Of a DNA stretch of 64,000 nt, positions 62,661-64,000 are shown one piece after another. The translations under genes were made by a program, and so were the position numbers. The DNA comes from a virus (Duplodnaviria > Caudoviricetes). Below the pieces are notes generated by a model, which was not told the origin of the DNA, searched no databases, and saw only the letters and a program-made list of their open reading frames with translations. Positions within the stretch are counted from its first letter, which is position 1. Each line of letters begins with the position of its first letter. The stretch covers positions 64,001 to 128,000 of the IMG/VR virus record IMGVR_UViG_3300013947_000021; one strand, written 5' to 3'.

Positions 62661-62711
62661 AATAGTCCTCCTTATAGATTTATTTTTAATTATTTATATG
62701 TTTTATATCCT

Positions 62712-64000
62712 TCAAATTTCATTAATCCAGAGAGAATCCTTAATTCCAAGTTCATCAGATGAAGTAAAAATTACATTATTAGCATTAATAAAATCTAAAG
62801 GTTTAATATATTCATTAGAACTCTTCTTTATTACCATTTTGATATCTTCTTTAAATCCAAGAATAGTATAAAGTATAATTCTAGTAATCTTTTCATAGAG
62901 TTCTTCATTTATAGTAATTCTATCATCATACTGTTTATTAACCCAAGTACGTATATCAAGATAAATTCTATCATGAAGTCTAATCTTTTCACTAGGACTA
63001 ATATCTATATTATTCTTAGCAAAATAATCATGAAGCTCTATATATTCCCTCTTATCAAATAAATGATTCAGCTCCATATCATCAATAATTTGAATTATAG
63101 AATCTAATTCATCATCCAAAGTATATATAGTATTCATTCCCAAAAAATCTACTTTATAAGATTTATAGAAATTAATTACAGTTGCTATATACTGTTTAAC
63201 AGATTCTGTACTCATAACAGGAAGATTGGAGAATAACCCCTGAAATTCCTTAGTATCTATAAATTCTTCCAATACATATATTATACTATCTATAAGATTT
63301 CCTATATACTGATTTCTAGATGCTTCATCTTCAAAATCTTGTATATTAAGTATAGTATAATATAATGAATTATCTCTATGCTTAAGAAATTCTGTATATG
63401 TAGCATCACCTTCAGCATCTCTATAAAAATCTCCAGTTTCAGGATTTTTATAGTAATCAAAGGTAAGCTCTAATGTCATAAGAGAATCATAAAGATTCTT
63501 ATATACATCATATACTCTCTTATTATCCGCTTCTCTCATTCCTTTAATAAGCTCATCTCTTACAGCCATATTATTTACATAAAGATCCATGAGCTCATTA
63601 AAACTAGGAATATTACTTTCAGGTACTTTAAATGCTTTTAATTGTTCCTGAGCATGAAGTGTACTACCAGTCTTCTTCATATCTTCAGCTAATGCTGCAA
63701 GATCAGCTTTAAAGTTAAATCCATTTACATAAAGCACTTTACTCTGAGTATCCATTATAGTATCTTTTACTCCATAATAGTAATAAGTGAGTACAGTAAG
63801 TAATGTAAATACATCAGATACTCTAAAGTTTTTACCTGCTTCTATATAAGGTATTTGAACCGTTATAGCATCTTCCAATTCTATATTATCAAATAGCATA
63901 TTAAAGAAATATGATTGCTGTGCAGACATTTTTGCTATTTCATAAATAGTATCTATAGAAATATACTTAGTTCTACTGAAATTAAATTCTTCTTTAAGAA
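62712..64000 (-). CDS. Large structural protein, 5' end outside the window
   Basis: Frame stays open upstream of 63929 to the window edge. Confidence 0.6.
   Translation of the reverse strand, partial: LKEEFNFSRTKYISIDTIYEIAKMSAQQSYFFNMLFDNIELEDAITVQIPYIEAGKNFRVSDVFTLLTVLTYYYYGVKDTIMDTQSKVLYVNGFNFKADLAALAEDMKKTGSTLHAQEQLKAFKVPESNIPSFNELMDLYVNNMAVRDELIKGMREADNKRVYDVYKNLYDSLMTLELTFDYYKNPETGDFYRDAEGDATYTEFLKHRDNSLYYTILNIQDFEDEASRNQYIGNLIDSIIYVLEEFIDTKEFQGLFSNLPVMSTESVKQYIATVINFYKSYKVDFLGMNTIYTLDDELDSIIQIIDDMELNHLFDKREYIELHDYFAKNNIDISPSEKIRLHDRIYLDIRTWVNKQYDDRITINEELYEKITRIILYTILGFKEDIKMVIKKSSNEYIKPLDFINANNVIFTSSDELGIKDSLWINEI

Overview
Very AT-rich segment of a jumbo phage of the AR9/PBS1/phiKZ type. 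It encodes its own multisubunit RNA polymerase, and the host is probably a Firmicute (GGAGG RBSs, XkdX, LysM, DUF6273-like domains). Left to right it holds: paralogous head/inner-body-like proteins; baseplate and tail genes; a RusA-like resolvase; a 2935-aa tail protein with C39-peptidase-like and tail-lysozyme domains; a phosphodiester-glycosidase/LysM enzyme next to a holin; RNAP beta; a structured non-coding block; a tail-fibre locus; early-type small genes; an RNAP beta' N-terminal gene split by three group I introns (one with an HNH endonuclease); RNAP beta' C-terminal part; further structural genes. The standout is 32.7-43.9 kb, an array of 12 receptor-binding-tip-like cassettes. Each carries a poly-G tract (G7-G11) just after its start codon and only one (G9) is in frame, which points to a 12-switch phase-variable host-range system. 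The nine type A tracts are flanked by conserved C-rich complementary elements. Two fibre genes in the array share an identical C-terminal end, a likely docking site for the tips. All product calls come from motif recognition by eye; no database searches were run.
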